Shown here: in pieces, positions 52,421-64,000 of the stretch
Layout: each line of letters begins with the position of its first letter
Numbering within the stretch: the stretch's first letter is position 1
DNA from: Chiloscyllium plagiosum
Taxonomy: Eukaryota
Length of the DNA stretch: 64,000 nt
Assembly: GCF_004010195.1 (NCBI RefSeq)
Contig: NC_057720.1
Location: 3,902,792-3,966,791, forward strand
Reading direction: 5' to 3'
Translations under genes and position numbers: made by a program
The notes under the pieces: generated by a model
Told to the model about the DNA's origin: nothing
What the model saw: only the letters and a program-made list of their open reading frames with translations
The model's database searches: none

Positions 52421-53629
52421 TCACTTGCCTCGTCAAGTCCTTGCTGGTTCTAGACTCCTGCCAATCTCGGGATTTGATAATTCAGCCCCTGGAAAAACAG
52501 GGGCAGTGCCAGCCAGGAGGAGGTTATAGTCCAACGGGTTTATTTGCAAGTACAAGCTTTTGGAGTGCTGCTCCTTTGTCAGGTAGCTAGTGGAGCAGGA
52601 TCATAGGACAGCCCCATGAGCTACCTGATGAAGGAGCAGCACTCTGAAGGCTTGCACTTTCAAATAAACCTGTTGGACTATAACCTGTTGTTAGGAGAAA
52701 GTGAGGACTGCAGGTGCTGGAGATCAAAGTTGAGAGTGTGGTGCTGGAAAAGCGCAGCCACTGGTAACATCTGAGGAGCAGGAGAATCGACATTTCGGGC
52801 ATAAGCCCTTCATCAGGAATGGCTTATGCCCGAAATGTCGATTCTCCTGCTCCTCGGATGCTGCCTGACCTGCTGTGCTTTTCCTGCACCACGCTCTCGA
52901 CTATAATCTGGTGTTGTGTGATTTTTAACTCTGTCCACCCCAGTCATAACCAAGAGAGGGGCATTGACAGATTGTGCCAAACTTGAAATAACGTGAAACA
53001 AAAACAGAAATTGCTGGAGAAACTCAGCAGGTCTGGCAGCATCTGTGGAGAGAAAGCAGAGTTAACGTTTCGGTTCTATTGTTTGAAACAATATGAAATA
53101 GGTCGTGATGCTGTGGAAAATCCTAACCCAGTGCTTTATCAGCAACAGATTAACTGATTTTTTAACATCTTTGTTTGTCATTTCCTGCTCTGTGCTGGAG
53201 GTAGAAACTGTTCTCCAAAACAGAATTAGTGTTCGCAGCTGCAACGGAATCTATTGATGGAGGTTTTGTCACATGACTTACCCGAGCTGCAAACATTGGT
53301 CAGCCAATGTCTTATGGCATGCTGACTTCCTACACCAATTAGAAAGCAAAAACACTCATTACCCTCAACAGAAACAGAAATTGCTGGAAAATCTCAGCTG
53401 GTCTGGCGGCACCTGTGGAGAGAAGTCTGAGTTAACGTTTCAGATTCAATCACCCTTCCTCAGAAGTGGACTCCGGTCACTGGACCACAAACTCTGATTT
53501 TTCTGCACAGATGTTGCCAGACCTGCTGAGATTTTCCAGCAATAAACAAATCATTTTTGTTTATGATTTCTGGTATCAGTAGTTCTTTCGGTTCTTGAAC
53601 TGATTACCCAGTTGGGTAATACCTAACTA

Positions 53630-54625
53630 AGTAAAAACAATGACTGCAGATGCTGGAAACCAGATTTTTGGATTAGAGGTGCTGGAAAAGCACAGCAGTT
53701 CGAGGAGCAGTAAAATCAACGTTTGGGGCAAAAGCCCTTCATCAGGAATGCAGACAGAGTGCCTGAAGGGTGGAGAGATATGTTAGAGGAGGGTGGGGGT
53801 GGGGAGAAAGTAGCATAGAGTACAATAGGTGAGTGGGGGAGGGGATGAAGGTGATAGGTCAGGGAGGNNNNNNNNNNNNNNNNNNNNNNNNNNNNNNNNN
53901 NNNNNNNNNNNNNNNNNNNNNNNNNNNNNNNNNNNNNNNNNNNNNNNNNNNNNNNNNNNNNNNNNNNNNNNNNNNNNNNNNNNNNNNNNNNNNNNNNNNN
54001 NNNNNNNNNNNNNNNNNNNNNNNNNNNNNNNNNNNNNNNNNNNNNNNNNNNNNNNNNNNNNNNNNNNNNNNNNNNNNNNNNNNNNNNNNNNNNNNNNNNN
54101 NNNNNNNNNNNNNNNNNNNNNNNNNNNNNNNNNNNNNNNNNNNNNNNNNNNNNNNNNNNNNNNNNNNNNNNNNNNNNNNNNNNNNNNTGGACCTGACCAG
54201 GTAGTCACAGAGGGAATGGTCTTTGCGGAAGGCGGAAAGGGGTGGGGAGGGAAATATATCCCTGGTGGTGGGGTCTGTTTGGAGATGGCGGAAATGTCAG
54301 TGGATGATTTGGTTTATGCGAAGGTTGGTAGGGTGGAAGGTGAGCACCAGGGGGATTCTCTCCTTGTTATGGTTGGAGGGGTAGGGTCTGAGGGCGGAGG
54401 TGCAGGATGTGGACGAGATGCGTTGGAGGGCATCTTTAACCATGTCGGAAGGGAAATTGCGGTCTCTAAAAAAGGAGGCCATCTGGTGTGTTCTGTGGTG
54501 GAACTGGTCCTCCTGGGAGCAGATACGGCAGAGGCGGAGGAATTGGGAATACGGGATGGCATTTTTGCAGGAGGTAGGGTGGGAAGAGGTGTAATCCAGG
54601 TAGCTGTGGGTGTCGGTGGGTTTGT
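53630..54625 (-). mobile_element. Penelope-like element spanning an assembly gap
   Basis: MASFFRDRNFP...RIPLVLTFHPTN on the minus strand. The 3' end matches the 30936 element, including the hammerhead core region at ~53718-53746. Confidence 0.8.
53868..54187. other. Assembly gap (N)
   Basis: Run of N. Confidence 1.
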
Positions 54626-55544
54626 AAAAAAATACCTGACTGTCAGTTAAACAGCTATTTCTCTCTCCACAGAAACTGTCTGACCTGCTGTTTCTCCAGA
54701 AAACTCTATGTTTGCACCTGCAGTATTTTGCTTTTATGAGCCTTAATTTCCTCCCTTATTTATTACTCTGTTAAAGAGAAACATTTGGAGAAAATAGCAA
54801 ATTCAAAGTGTCTTTTAGCTATCCCATGATTTTTCTCCCTTGGTCCAGTCCCTTTTGATTGATTGATTGATTGATTGATTTATTGTCACATTTATGGGAG
54901 TACAATGAAAAGCTTTGTTTGTGAGCAGTGCAGGCAGATCACAGGAAGCAAGGACATACAGATTAAAAAAATTTAGAGACATTTAGGTCACATTGCTAGT
55001 GGAGGCTAGAGAGTCCATTCATCAGTCTAATACTTGCCAGGAAGAAGCTGTTCCTGAATTTGCTGGTGCCTGTGTTCAAGCTTTTGTATCTTCTACAACC
55101 TCTTCCGTCAGGCAGGAGAGCATTACCGCGGCAACGAGCCAGAACTTTGGCCATTTTGATCAAAGCTGCCATTATTCCTTCCTTATCACTTCTTGTGGCT
55201 TTCCCACCAAGTCCTAGTAGGTGTTTAATGAAATCTGGTAACTGAGGCGGAGTTAGAGGTAAGCAGCTCTTAGTCATCACTTTGCTCACACGATCCCTTC
55301 CCTAATGGTTCTTACCTATTTGTACAATCCCAGTGCTAACGTGGGCTGGCTGCAGTCTCCATGCACCGCTATTCCAGTCACTGATGTCTCTCTGTGGGAG
55401 GTATATCCTGAGAAATTTAAATCCAAATAATCAAACAATTCTCAAATGCTAAGAGAAGCTGCAAAGAGACATGGTCACGATAAAATTATTGAAAATTCAT
55501 TTTATATAAAAGAGCCACCTGCTTCACTATTCTCTACCTGACAA

Positions 55545-55825
55545 CATCAGCCCCCATTACTCTAGTCTGGTCTATAATCTACCCCAGTGTAGAGTATAAT
55601 CTGCCCCCTTTACCCCAGTATGGTCTATAATCTGCCCCTTTACCCTCATCTGGTCTATAATCTGTCCCATTTACTCCAGTCTGATCTATAATCTGCCCCC
55701 CTTTACCCCAGTCTGGTCTATAATTTCCCCCCTTTACCCCAGACTGATCTATAATCTGCCCCCTTTACCCCAGACTGATCTATAATCTGCCCCCTTAACC
55801 CCAGACTGATCTACAATCTGCCCTC
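55545..55825. repeat. Minisatellite, ~30-bp unit (ctataatctgccccctttaccccagtctggt), about 9 copies
   Basis: Recurrent tataatctgccccc motif at ~30-bp spacing. Confidence 0.85.
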
Positions 55826-56899
55826 TCCCATTGTCCACTCCACATGTAACTCCAGACCCATTGATATGTGAAATGACCCAGCAGGTTTTCCTGTTGTTGT
55901 CAAGCTGTTGTTTCATCACCACTTTCTTAATTAGGGATGGACAATAAATGCTGGATCGTTTTCTAAAAAATTCTCTACTTTGAGGTCTGTAGCCAAGTCC
56001 TTACATCCAGGGATCTGCTGCTCCCTCAATCCTCAGTCGGAGTTCAGTTTTGGTTAGTAAGCTTCAGGAAGGATATATCTACAAGGACATTCACCAGAAT
56101 GATAGTGGACCAAAAGAGGTTTATGTACAAGGGCTAACTGCATGGTCTTTGGCAGAGGAATTCAGAAAGTGAAGGTGTTATTTTTAAAATATTGCTGTGC
56201 CTTTTTGAGGGATAAAATCGGAAAGAACACCTTGTCAAAAGGCTGTGTGTTGATGTTGCGATCATTAGAAGTTCCAAATTTGATATTGTAAAGGTGTCAG
56301 GGACAATGAGATGTATGCTCCTCGCCTTTCTCTTCCCACAGTTTGTGGTGTTTGATGAAGCCTGGGCCTTCAGTATTTGCTGTCCATGTCAAGTGGTTGA
56401 CTGGAGTTGAAGCAGAGAACTGCAATGTTTGAATCGAATGCTGTAACTTGCTGGAAGGCTGAGTGGCCTCCTGATGCTCAGAGTGAGAGAGGAGAATTTA
56501 CCAAAGCTGCTGTGGCTTGGAGAGAAAGCTGTAGGGTTGGTCAGGGTGAAGGAGGAAGCAGTTTGTCCCAGGAAATAGTTGCATCTGAGTTTTGACGTCA
56601 GTGGTTCCTGCTGGGATTGTGTGTATGTGTGTCTCCACATGTGTCTGTGTGTGTGTGCATTAGTCTGTGTCTCCGCATGCATCCGCGCGTGTGTGTTCGC
56701 ATATGTGTCTGTCTATGCATGTGTGTGTAGGAATGCCTGTGTCGCTTCACATGCCTTCAAATGTGTCTGCGCGCGTGTGTGTAGGGGTGGGGCACATGTG
56801 GAGGGAATCATAGATACAGGGAACGTTGCTCCAATCTGATGCTGCCAACCCAGCCTCACTGATTTACATTGGCTCCCTGATGGGTGATATCTTGATTAT

Positions 56900-57195
56900 A
56901 GAACATAGAAAATAGAACATTGCAACACAGTACAGGCCCTACAGCCCTTGATGTTGTGTCGACCTGTGAAACCAATCTGAAGCCCATCTAACCTATACTA
57001 AACCATTATCCATATGTTTATCCAATGACCATTTAAAAGCCTCTAAAGTTGGCAAGTCTACTAATATTGCAGGAAAGGCATTCCATGCCCTTACTACTCT
57101 GAGTAAAAAACTACCTCTGACATCTGTTCTATATCTACCATCCCTCAATTTAAAACTATGTCCCCTCTTGTGTGCCATCACCATCTGAGGAATAA
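56900..57195 (-). mobile_element. CR1 3' end, inverted and abutting the 5' end of the next CR1
   Basis: Minus ORF RGHSFKLRDGRYRTDVRGSF..AWNAFP with an (atagaac)n tail. Confidence 0.8.
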
Positions 57196-59975
57196 AGTGG
57201 GTGAACTTGCAGTGTGGGTTGGTACCTAGGACTTTGATGTTGTGGCCATTTTGTGCACTTGGATAGAGCAGGGACAGGAATAGTTGTTGCAGGTACCGGG
57301 ATTTAGATATTTCAGTAAGAACAGAGAAGATGGTAAAAGAGGGGGAGGTGTGGCATTGTTAGTCAAGGACAGTGTTACGGGGGCAGAAAGGACGTTTGAG
57401 GACTTGTCCACTGAGGTAGTTTGGGCTGAGGTTAGAAACAGGAAAGGAGAGGTCACCCTGTTGGGAGTTTTCTATCGGCTTCTGAATATTCTGGAGATGT
57501 AGAGGAAAACATACCAAAGATAATTTTGGATAGGAGTGAGACTAACAGGGTAGTTGTTATGGAGTCTTGAATTTTCCAAATATTGACTGAAAATACTATC
57601 GTTTGAGTACTTTAGATGGGTCAGTTTTTGTTCAATGTGTGCAAGATAGTTTCCTGACACAGTATTTAGACAGGCCAACAAGGGGTGAGGCCACATCAGA
57701 TTTTGTACGGGATAATGAACTCAGCCAAGTGTTAGATTTGGAAGTAGGTGAGCAATTTGGTGATAGTGACCACAATTCAGTTATGTTTACTTTAGCGATG
57801 GAAAGGGATATATACCACAGGGCAAGAGTTATTGCTGGGGGAAAGGCAATTATGATGCGAATAGGTGAGATTTAGGATGCATAAGATGGGGAAGGAAACT
57901 GCAGGAGATAGGCATAATTGAAATGTGGAGCTTATTCAAGAAACAGCTCCTGTGTGTGTGCTTGATAAGCATGTACCTATCAGGCAGGGAGGAAGTGGTC
58001 AAGTGAGGGAGCTGTGGTTTACTAAAGAAGTTGAATCTCTTGTCAAGAGGAAGAAGGCGGCTTGTGTTAGGATGAGACGTGAAGGCTCAGTTAGGGCACT
58101 TGAGAGTTACAAGTTAGCCAGGAAGGACCAAAAGAGAGAACTAAGAAGAGGCAGGAGGGGACATGTGAAGTCATTGGCAGATAGGATGAAGGAAAACCCT
58201 AAAGCTTTCTATCGGTATATCAGAAATAAAAGAATGGCTAGAGTAAGATTAGGGCTGATCAAGGACAGCAGTAGGAAGTTGTGGGTAGAGTCCGGGGAGA
58301 TGGGTGAAGCGCTAAATGAATATTTTTTTGTCAGTATTCACACTGGAAAAAGACAATGTTGTTGAGGAGAATACTGAGATACAGGCTACTAGACAAGACA
58401 GGACTGAGGTTCACAAGGGGGAGTGTTAGCAATTCTGGATAATGTGAAAATTGAATAGTCCCCAGGGCTGGATGGGATTTATCCTCGGATTCTCAGAAGC
58501 TGGGGAGGAGATTACAGAGCCTTTGGCTTTGATCTTTATGTTGTCATTGTCTACAGGAATAGTGTCAGAAGACTGCAGGATAGCAAATGTTGTCCCCTTG
58601 TTCAAGAAGGGGAGTAGAGACAACCCTGGTAATTATAGACCAGTGAGCTTTACTTCGGTTGTGGGTAAAGTGTTGGAAAGGGTTATAAGAGATGGGATTT
58701 ATAATCAGAGAGAGGGGAATAAGTTGATTAGGGATAGTCAACACGGTTTTGTGAAGGGTAGGTTGTGCCTCACAAAGCTTAGTGAGTTCTTTGAGAAGGT
58801 GACCAAACAGGTGGATGAAGGTAAAGCAGTTGATGTGGTGTATATGGATTTCAGTAAAGCATTTGATAAGGTTCCCCATGGTTGGCCAAAGTGCAAAATA
58901 CAGAGGCATAAGATTGAGGGTGATTTAATGGTTTGGATCAGAATTGGCAGTTGTAAGAAGACAGGATGGTGGTTGATGGGAAGCATTCATCCTTGAGTTC
59001 AATTACTATTGATATACTGCAAGGATTGGTTTTGGGACAACTGCTATTGGTCTTTTTTACAAATGACCTGGATGAGGGCGTGGAAGGATGGGTCAGTACA
59101 TTTGCAGATGTACTAACCAAGGTTGGTGGATAATGCTGAAGGATGTTGCAGGTTATAGAGGGACATAGATAAGATGCAGAGCTGGACTGAGAGGTGGCAA
59201 ATGGAGTTTAGTGTGGAAAAGTGAGAGGTGATTCACTTTGGAAGGAGTAACAGGAATGCAGAGTACTGGGCAAATGGTAAGATTCTTGGTAGTGTAGATG
59301 AGTAGAGATATCCCAGTGACCATGTACATAGATCCCTGACAGTTGCCACCCAGGTTGATAGGGTAGTTGAGAAGGCTTACGGTGTGTTAGCTTTTATTGG
59401 TAGAGGGATTGAATTTCAGAACCACGAGGTCATGCTGCAGCTGTACAAAACTCTGGTGCAGCCGTACTTGGAGTATTGCGTACAGTTCTGGTCGCCTCAT
59501 TGTAGGAAGGATATGGAAGCATTGGAAAGGGTTCAGAGGTGATTTACCAAGATGTTGCCTGTTATGAAGGGAAGGTCTATGAGGAAAGACTCAGGGACTT
59601 GAGGCTATTTTCATTCAAGAGAAGAAGGTTGAGAGGTGACTTAATAGAGATATATAAGATAATCAGAGGGTTAGATAGGGTGGACAGTGAGAGCCTTTTT
59701 CCTCAGATGTTGATGGCTAGCATGAGGGGCTTAGCTTTAAATTGAAGGGTGACAGATGTCAGAGGTAGTTTCTTTACTCCGAGATTGGTTGGCGTATGGA
59801 ATGCACTGCCTGCATCAGTTGTAGACTCGCCAACTTTAAGGGCATTTAAATGGTCATTGGATAAATGTATGGACAAAAATGGAATAGTGTAGGTTAGATG
59901 GCTTCAGATTGGTTCCACAGGACGGCACAAAGTTGAGGGCTGAAGGGCCTGTACTGCGCTGGGATGTTCTATGAT
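57196..59975 (+). mobile_element. CR1 LINE ORF2 (APE endonuclease remnants, RT and 3' end), decayed
   Basis: KRGGGVALLVKD, FGDSDHNSVMF, KENPKAFYRY and YMDFSKAFDKVPH motifs across frameshifts. Confidence 0.92.
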
Positions 59976-60032
59976 ATATATCCATGTGATTCTTGTCACT
60001 TTTTTAGTGACAAATTTTGTTCTGTCTTTCAG

Positions 60033-60206
60033 CTGATTCTGTTTGGGCTGAGTAACCAACTCGTTGCGTCCTTTAAAGAGGAAAATACCATCACCTTTAA
60101 GCACCTCTTCCTGAAAGGATACCAAGGGCCAGATGAGACTGATGGCAGTTTTATCATCTACACCCAGCAAGACGTTTATGGTAGCATGTTTTACATTATT
60201 AACCAG
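60033..60206 (+). CDS. MCOLN2: Mucolipin-2 coding exon, end of S1 and start of the luminal domain
   Basis: Acceptor tctgtctttcAG and donor GTattt at 60207. 174 nt, phase 0. Encodes LILFGLSNQLVASFKEENTITFKHLFLKGYQGPDETDGSFIIYTQQDVYGSMFYIINQ. Confidence 0.93.
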
Positions 60207-60479
60207 GTATTTAGCTACACTAGCTCCTTGACTTGTGTTAAACGTGAATTTGAAATTATTTGGAGGGGACAATGAAACAGTGTTTAGAACCTGATGCATT
60301 TCAATTATTTTTGATTGGTGTTTTTTTTTGACGAATATGTAATGCAGAAACTATAAAACTATCAGGACATGTCTGATTCCAGTTTGAACTGTCAGGATGT
60401 TGTTTAAAGTACATAATAAGGTGCCCAAATGATACCAATGGGATAAGAGATTAAAAGATTGATTGATAATTTACACTCA

Positions 60480-61250
60480 GGCACACACCCCACACACACC
60501 CACACAGAGACACCCCCACACCCCTCACACACACCCCCACAGACACACACCACATCCCTACACACCCCTACACAGACACCCCCCCACACGCACACAGACA
60601 CACCCCACACACACCCACACAGACACACACCCACATCCCTACACACCCCTACNNNNNNNNNNNNNNNNNNNNNNNNNNNNNNNNNNNNNNNNNNNNNNNN
60701 NNNNNNNNNNNNNNNNNNNNNNNNNNNNNNNNNNNNNNNNNNNNNNNNNNNNNNNNNNNNNNNNNNNNNNNNNNNNNNNNNNNNNNNNNNNNNNNNNNNN
60801 NNNNNNNNNNNNNNNNNNNNNNNNNNNNNNNNNNNNNNNNNNNNNNNNNNNNNNNNNNNNNNNNNNNNNNNNNNNNNNNNNNNNNCATACAGACATACTT
60901 ATACACACAGATACAAACAAACCCCATGGACAGACACACCCACACACACTCCCTTACACATACAGACAGCCACACTCACACAGTCAAACCCCCCCACACG
61001 CACCGACACACATCCACACACACATTACCATACACACCCCCACACAGACACACAAAATCTCTCTTCTCCCCCCTCCCCCCCCACACACACACACACACAC
61101 AAAAAGGCCTTTACACCCTCAGCCTCTCAAAGCTACAGAAAAATGTTTGTGTGTGTGTGTATAGGGGGGTGGGTGGAGAGGTGGTGTGTGTGTGTGGTGG
61201 GGGATTGCAGGTAAGAGTGTGTGTATGTATACACGTGGGGTGTGTGGTCA
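60480..61250. repeat. CA-rich then GT-rich low-complexity tract around an assembly gap (N 60653-60885)
   Basis: Degenerate (CA)n/(CCCCACAC)n and (GT)n runs. Confidence 0.9.
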
Positions 61251-63534
61251 GTGTTGTGATGGAGGAGATGAAGTTCACACCCAGTGACTGCATCCCCCCA
61301 CCCCACCCTAGTGCAGAGGATAGTGTGGCTATGGGCTGGTCATCTGTTATGGGCTGTGTGCAGGACTGGTCTCAATTAGCTCCCACAGTTATAGCACGGT
61401 CAGATGGTGTTCAAACCAATGTGATAGGAGCAAGGGAGCTAGGAGAGAGCGTTAAAGAGGAGAAGTGTGGAGAGATAGCACGAGAGTAATAATTAGTAAA
61501 GTGTCAGGTGGTGTGGAAATAGCAAGGAAGGAGGTTTACTGCGTGTGACTGAGAGCGCGGGGAGGCCTATAAATATCAGCAATGAGGAGCAGGTGCAGCT
61601 GGCCATGTGGGAATATGATGTTTAAGCAATAACAAAAACTTGACTTTAAAAAGGCAGAACTGGGTGCTAAGAAAAGGAAAGCAAGGTGGAGGGTAGCAGT
61701 ATCATCCTTGGTTGCCCTTGAGAAGGAGGGGGCGAGCTGCCTTCTAGAAGTGCTGCAGTCCATGTGCTGGAGCTGGTCCCACAATGCATTTGGGAAGGAA
61801 TTCCAGGATTTTGACCCAGCAACACTAAAGGAATGGTTATATATTTTCAAGTCAGGATGGTGAGTGTTTTGGAGGGGAACTTGCAGGGGGTGGTGTACCC
61901 ATGTATCTGCTGCCCTTGTCATTCCAGATGGAAGTGGCTGTGGGTTGGAAGGAGCTGTCTTTGGTGCATTGTAGGGGCCAAAGTGTGTTTAGTACCTTGA
62001 GTGAGTTTTCTGATGAGGTAACTGAGAGAGTTGATGAGGGTCACATTGTTAATGTGATGTACACGAACTTCCAAAAGGTCTTCACTAGATTCTCATGTAA
62101 TGGACTTGTCAGCTCAGCTGATACCTCTGGAATAAAAGAGGAAGTGCCAGCAGGGAAAGGAAACTTTGAATGACAGAGAGAGTTGGAACATCAGTCCCCA
62201 CCTTGGACAAAAGGCTAGGTTCCCAGGGGTTGGAATTGGGGTCACTGCTTTTCTAGATCCATATTAATGATCATGACTATGACATAAAAAGCACAATTTC
62301 AGATGCAAACTGTGGGCAGTGTTGTGACCTGTGAGGAGGTTACAGCTACAGAGGTCAACAGCACAGTAAAAGGCCCTTTGGCTCATCAAGTCTGTGCTGG
62401 TCAAAAACAGCCCCCTAACGATTCTAATCTCAGAGTCCAGCACTTGGCCCATAGCTGTGTTTGCCTTGGCATGGCAATACTTGTTCAATACAATGAGGGT
62501 TTCTGCCTCTCCCACCCTTACAGGCAGGGAGTTCTAGACTCTCAACACCATCTGGATGGAAAACGTATTGCCTCACTAAAGGGACCTGAGGCGCGACCTT
62601 TTCATGCAGAGGCTGGTGCGTATATGGAATGAGATGCCAGAGGACGTGATGGAGGCTGATACAGTTACAATATTTAAAAGGCCACGCTGTGGAGGTGCTG
62701 GTGTTGGACTGAGTCAGAACTCTCTCAACACCAGATTAGAGTCCAACAGGTTTATATGAAATCGCAACCTTTTTGGAGTGCTGCTCATTGGTCAGGTGAA
62801 GTCACTTCACCTGATGAAGGAGCACCAATCTAAAAGCGCGTGATTTCAAATAAACCTGTAACCTGGTGAAAGTGAGTACTGCAGATGCTAAAGATTAGAG
62901 TCAAGAATCTGGTGCTGGTAAACGACAGCAGGTCAGGCAGCATCCCAGGAGCAGGAATTTTTCGGTCAAAAGGATCTTTTCCAGCACCACACTCTTGACT
63001 CTAATCTCCAGCATCTGCAGCCCTCACTTTCACCTAGTTGATTTTAACCCCACTGCAAATTCTCTTCCAAGGATGCCTACCTTGAAGAAGTTCTCCTCCT
63101 CTCATTCCTGATGACAGCTTTTGCCTGAAATGTCGATTTTCCTGCTCCTCGGATGCTGCCAGATGGACTATAACCTGGTGTTGTGTGACTTAACATTCAA
63201 AAGGCATCTGGATGGGTATATGAATAGGAAAGGGTTAGAGGAATATGGGGGTCGAGAGTGCAGTGCTGGGAAAGCACAGCAGATCAGACAGCATCCAAGC
63301 AGCAGGAGAATAGACATTTTGGGCATAAGCCCTTCATCAGGAATGCCCGAAAAATCAATTCTCCTGCTCCTTGGATGCTGCTTGACCTGCTGTGCTTTTC
63401 CAGCACCACACTCTTGACTCTGATCTCCAGCATCTGCAGTCCTCACTTTCTACTGAGAGGGATATGGGCCAAGTGCTGGCAAATGGGACTAGATTAGTTT
63501 AGGATATCTGGTTGGCATGGACGAATTGTATAGA

Positions 63535-64000
63535 AGGGTTTACCGCAAGGATCTGTTTTGGGGCCACTGCTGTTTATCATTTTTATAAATGACCTAGCTG
63601 AGGGCTTAGAAGGATAGGTTCATAAATTTGCAGATGACACTAAAGTCGGTGGAGTGTGGACAGTGCTGAAGGATGTTGCAGGGTACAGAGGGACATAGAT
63701 TAGCTGCAGTGTTGTGCTGAGAGGTGGCAACTAGAGTTTAATGTGGAAAAGTGTGAGGTAATTCACTTTGGAAGGAGTAATAGGAATTCAGAGTACTAGC
63801 TAATGATAAGATTCTTGATAGTGTAGATGAGCAGAGAGATCTCTGTCCATGTACATAGATCCCTGAAAGTTGCCACCCAGGTTGATAGGGTTGTTAAGAA
63901 GGTATACTATGTGCTAGCTTTTATTGGTGGAGGTTTTGAGTTTTGGAACCATGAGGTTATGCTGCAGCTGTACAAAACTCTGGTGTGGCCACATTTGGAG
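63535..64000 (+). mobile_element. CR1 LINE RT fragment running off the window
   Basis: PQGSVLGPLLFIIFIND and KFADDTK coding sequence, same subfamily as 57196-59975. Confidence 0.85.

Noticed and set aside
53783..54650. 273-aa and other ORFs through the gap
   Set aside because: They are open only because of Ns. The real signal is the antisense Penelope fragment.
55545..55825. CRISPR-like regular repeat
   Set aside because: The units are contiguous with no unique spacers, the context is eukaryotic, and there are no cas genes.
60459..61489. Long His/Thr/Pro-rich and Cys/Val-rich ORFs
   Set aside because: These are translations of CA/GT low-complexity repeats across an N gap, not a gene.

Overview
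Vertebrate nuclear DNA, most likely an elasmobranch (shark), judged from HE1/V-SINE-type SINEs and very dense CR1 LINE relics. Two + strand mucolipin genes lie in tandem: the last coding exons of MCOLN3/TRPML3 (3982-10857, with a probable extra terminal exon at 13071) and two early coding exons of MCOLN2/TRPML2 (46172-46388, 60033-60206). The rest is mostly decayed retroelements (CR1, Rex/Babar, Penelope-like elements, tRNA-derived SINEs), a ~700 bp tandem duplication, minisatellites and two assembly gaps. The most striking unexplained structure is a set of short (~180-420 bp) fold-back insertions flanked by 11-18 bp target-site duplications. They derive from the terminal repeats of Penelope-like elements. 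Four distinct sequence families carry a minimal type I hammerhead ribozyme core (CUGANGA...GAAA..UH) with family-specific stems, and the inversion point nearly always falls in or beside the ribozyme. All calls were made by eye; no searches were run.
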